Shown here piece after piece: positions 60,881 through 64,000 of a stretch of DNA of 64,000 nucleotides (the first letter of the stretch is position 1; every line of letters begins with the position of its first letter). The position numbers were made by a program, and so were the translations under genes. A model generated the notes under the pieces. That model was not told the DNA's origin. It did no database searches and saw only the letters and a program-made list of their open reading frames with translations. Source of the stretch: Haplodiscus bocki (Eukaryota); the NCBI GenBank assembly GCA_965655095.1, contig OZ296650.1:52514001-52578000 (forward strand), given 5' to 3'.

Positions 60881-61549
60881 ATGGAAAATTTATGCATTAT
60901 TATTCAACACTTCAAGTATGTGAACTTATAAGCATCAAAGTTGCTACGCATTAGGCGGCAACAATCTAGTGTCGTGAAAAAATTGGAATTTCTCAGACTC
61001 GCGAATTTTTTTTATGATTTTCGCGAATTGAGCAAAATTGTATCAGATATTGGAAGAGTCAAAAGCTTCGGAAAAAATTAAAAGTTTAAAATTTCTAAGC
61101 TGGAAAAATTGATTTTTTTTTGAGGCAGGGAGATTAGGTTTTCCGACGCGATAAATGGTCATCAAAGTGAAACACGGAGAAAATGCGAAGTCAACTGAAA
61201 TAGTAGAAGAGTGAGCAGATCAGACGGAGGATAAAAACAACACTCTGTCTGTTTGACTCATTTCGAAAATGGAAACTGAAAACAATTTTAAAACGTTTGT
61301 TCATGAGAATGTGCTTATAATGCGCATTGACATGCCATCGCAAATTCGAAATGGTTAAATTTCCTTGAAAAAGATGAGACCATGTTACTTATATGCCCCA
61401 GTGGTATACACTTTTCCTAGAAAACTGCAACGATCGAGAAAAAATTCTTTCAAACTAGTTTTTAACGTTTCTCTAATTAAATTCATTGTGCTATTTTTTT
61501 TTGGAAAAACACAATAAAGCATTCACTAACCTGAAGTAACGGCGAAGGA

Positions 61550-63568
61550 ATCACTCGGATGAAAAATATTAATTGCATACAAAAAAACTTTCAGACATAT
61601 GATGCGTTCAACTGGTGTCCAAATGAGATAAGCGGAGCTAGCAACTGGGAACTGAGAGTAGCGCATACGAATTGGCAACTACGTATGACACAAATAAAAC
61701 TGAAAGTGTATAATGTGTTACAAGTTATCTCCTCAATCATAAAAGTTATGGGGGAATAATAGTTGTGCTGAAGTACAACCATTGCCCCTTAAAACTTAGA
61801 AGGTAGAGAATGACATTATTCTACGGTACAAAAATATACCGATCTCCTTAATATAGCGTCAAAACCAGTATCCAATCCATTAGAAGAAACAGTATGAGAG
61901 CCAGTATTCACTGCTGCTAGAGTTGAAACTCCAAACTGGTTTCTAGAGAAACACATGATAGAAAATTGTATGTTTATTTTATTTTGATAAAAATTGATTG
62001 GGCCTATGCATAAATTTGTTTCAAACTCGGAAAGCTCACAAACACGTTTAATTGATGGATTAAAGTAAGACCCAAGAATCACATGAAAAAATGGCAATGA
62101 ACAAAAAAGTCGAAACGTTGGATCGACGATCTCGCTAATTCAGATGCCTTCAGTCGAACGATTCGAACTCCGCTAGCTGAGTTCTCTCACTGACTGGACA
62201 AACGTTTCTAACTGAGTGGCTAAACGGGCAATGCTCGCCTTTATCTTCTTATCGACTTGACTCGAAGACATTCTTCAGTTGAACAATTGTGACTACAAAT
62301 TGTTTTCTCTTTCGCTAGCTGAGTCACCCAAATGGTGGGCATCACCAACTCCGACGAACTGTCTAGTTGGTGTTAAATTTTCTTCTGACATACTAGCTTG
62401 GATATGGATGGAGACAGGATGCCGTTTCACATAGTAATTTTATAGAGTATGGTTGAAACAAATATTTTGGCAAAAGTATGTATTTACAGAGTGGAAACTA
62501 TGAGAACAATGATTGACGTATTGGTCCAGCGACTGGGAGCCTTGTAATGTTTCTGGCTGGTACTTGCGCACTGACCCGCATTTCGGCCGCTAATTAAGTA
62601 TACTTATACTTGGCCACCTGATTACTTATCACCTGCTGATTGGCTCTTACAAACTCTGCTTTTGACATAGCACTTTAGAAACTTTTCAAACGAATTACTT
62701 AGAGCCTCAGTGAGGTTTCCGGCACAAGCACTAAGTTGGTGAAAAAATGGCGTAAAATGTGTTTTGCATCGCCTGTTTAACGATACTATACGCGAAAAGC
62801 ACCAAAGTATGAAGTTGAGTTTTCGAGTTCTTTTTTCCGTCTCGAAACGTTGACATCACCGTCGGGTATTCGTGTCTAAATTTTGTCAGTTTTCATTCAA
62901 GCTAGTTTCTTTGGTTATTGTTCATTGAGTTCGTCTTTTTCCGTTGACTTAGTTGTTAAGTGCTTGGTCAATTTGGTAACATTCATTCAAACTGTCCACC
63001 TGAGTAAATCAGTATATCCACTGTTGTGACGTGAAACCTGTGCTCAAGTCAAGCACTTTGTTCTTGCCATACTACTGTAAACCTGGCTGAATCGGGTTGC
63101 GCACAATGCAATGTTAGTTTTGTTCCATTGTCCGAACTTCATTCAGAGTAACACTTGTTCAAATGGGTACGCGGAATATTCCAAACAATACTTCGTCTAT
63201 ATTATCGTCTCACATTTTTTGTACACGTGTTGCAGTCAGTACAATATGTAAGTTCTTTTCTCATTTGTTAGTCCGATTTATGTGCATGCACGATCTAGTT
63301 TTACTGATTATTTCGGGAGTAGATGTTTCGGTTCAATGAACTGGTGTTTTCTCGCATCCAAATCCATCAATCACATTATGTACTCCTGTTCATGTCGTGA
63401 GGGAGGATTTAATAGAACATAATGGCTCCTTTATTGGTTCATATAGTTTGTTGCATCAAATGTCCATCTTTTGGGTTATATTAGATAGAGTAGGAGCTTC
63501 ACAATAGGACATAAACTAATTGCATATTGATACGTATGAAGTTTTAATTCCCTCATGCGAGCAGGACA
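61550..63568 (-). mobile_element. Truncated LTR-element relic related to 168-1989, with decayed env/glycoprotein-like sequence and a possible nested solo LTR (62543-62855)
   Basis: Same terminus TGTC(C/A)TGCTCGCATGAGGGAA, plus local similarity between 61557-61592 and 1217-1250. Cys/aromatic-rich ORF pieces (61816-62097, 61591-61782) and a heptad-like stretch (SQVDKKIKASIARLATQLETFVQSVRELS). Confidence 0.5.
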
Positions 63569-64000
63569 AAAGACTAGAAGCGAGAGGAGAAAGTTTGTAA
63601 AGCAACCGAGCCTCTTTCTCCAAAGCTTGACAGAAGTCATCTGCAAAGTTTAATAAAGTTCAGATTTACAACTGGGGAGGGTGCGTTGGATATCGCCGTC
63701 GGAACGTCCTCCGCTTAAATGGTTTAGAGGCCAATATTTTGGCTGTAAAGAATCGAATAACGTACGTTTATGAAATTGCATACATCAAAAACAATTACAA
63801 AAGCAAATTTTAAAAGAAAAAAAAATAAAACTTTGAAGCCTTCATCTTCATACAGAATCATGCTCACATCTATTGAATCCAAAAATTTTTGCAAGCAAAC
63901 TTCCTCCTGTCAACTCCTCCAAATTACAAAAAAAACAGAAGGAACATCAAAACTGAAAAAGTGTGAAGGTGATAATATACGTGGTGATATCCAGGTATTT

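Overview
Eukaryotic (animal) genomic DNA, AT-rich and repeat-dense, with GT-AG introns and one 200-N assembly gap (13501-13700). The repeat-derived ORFs resemble ones I recall from acoel worm genomes (Symsagittifera-like); that assignment is unverified. Host genes reconstructed by hand: (1) six internal exons of an alpha-carbonic-anhydrase-related gene (+, 2064-8510) lacking two of three Zn-ligand histidines, so probably acatalytic; (2) a decayed second alpha-CA locus (+, about 25515-32765) with a Tc1 element inside it; (3) a complete 13-exon WDR47 gene (-, 34624-43331, about 995 aa); (4) DR1/NC2-beta (-, 44018-52666), whose last exon lies beyond an 8-kb TE-filled intron and ends 686 bp upstream of the WDR47 ATG, with apparent introns bridging the two genes (candidate operon or bicistronic unit). 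The rest is mobile DNA: two FLYWCH-MULE elements, a DD35E Tc1-like element, a BEL/Pao LTR relic, a CR1/L2-type LINE, long TG...CA solo-LTR-like units with ORFs that run off their ends, several MITEs, very degenerate Polinton/Maverick-like stretches, and a perfect palindrome with 159-bp arms.
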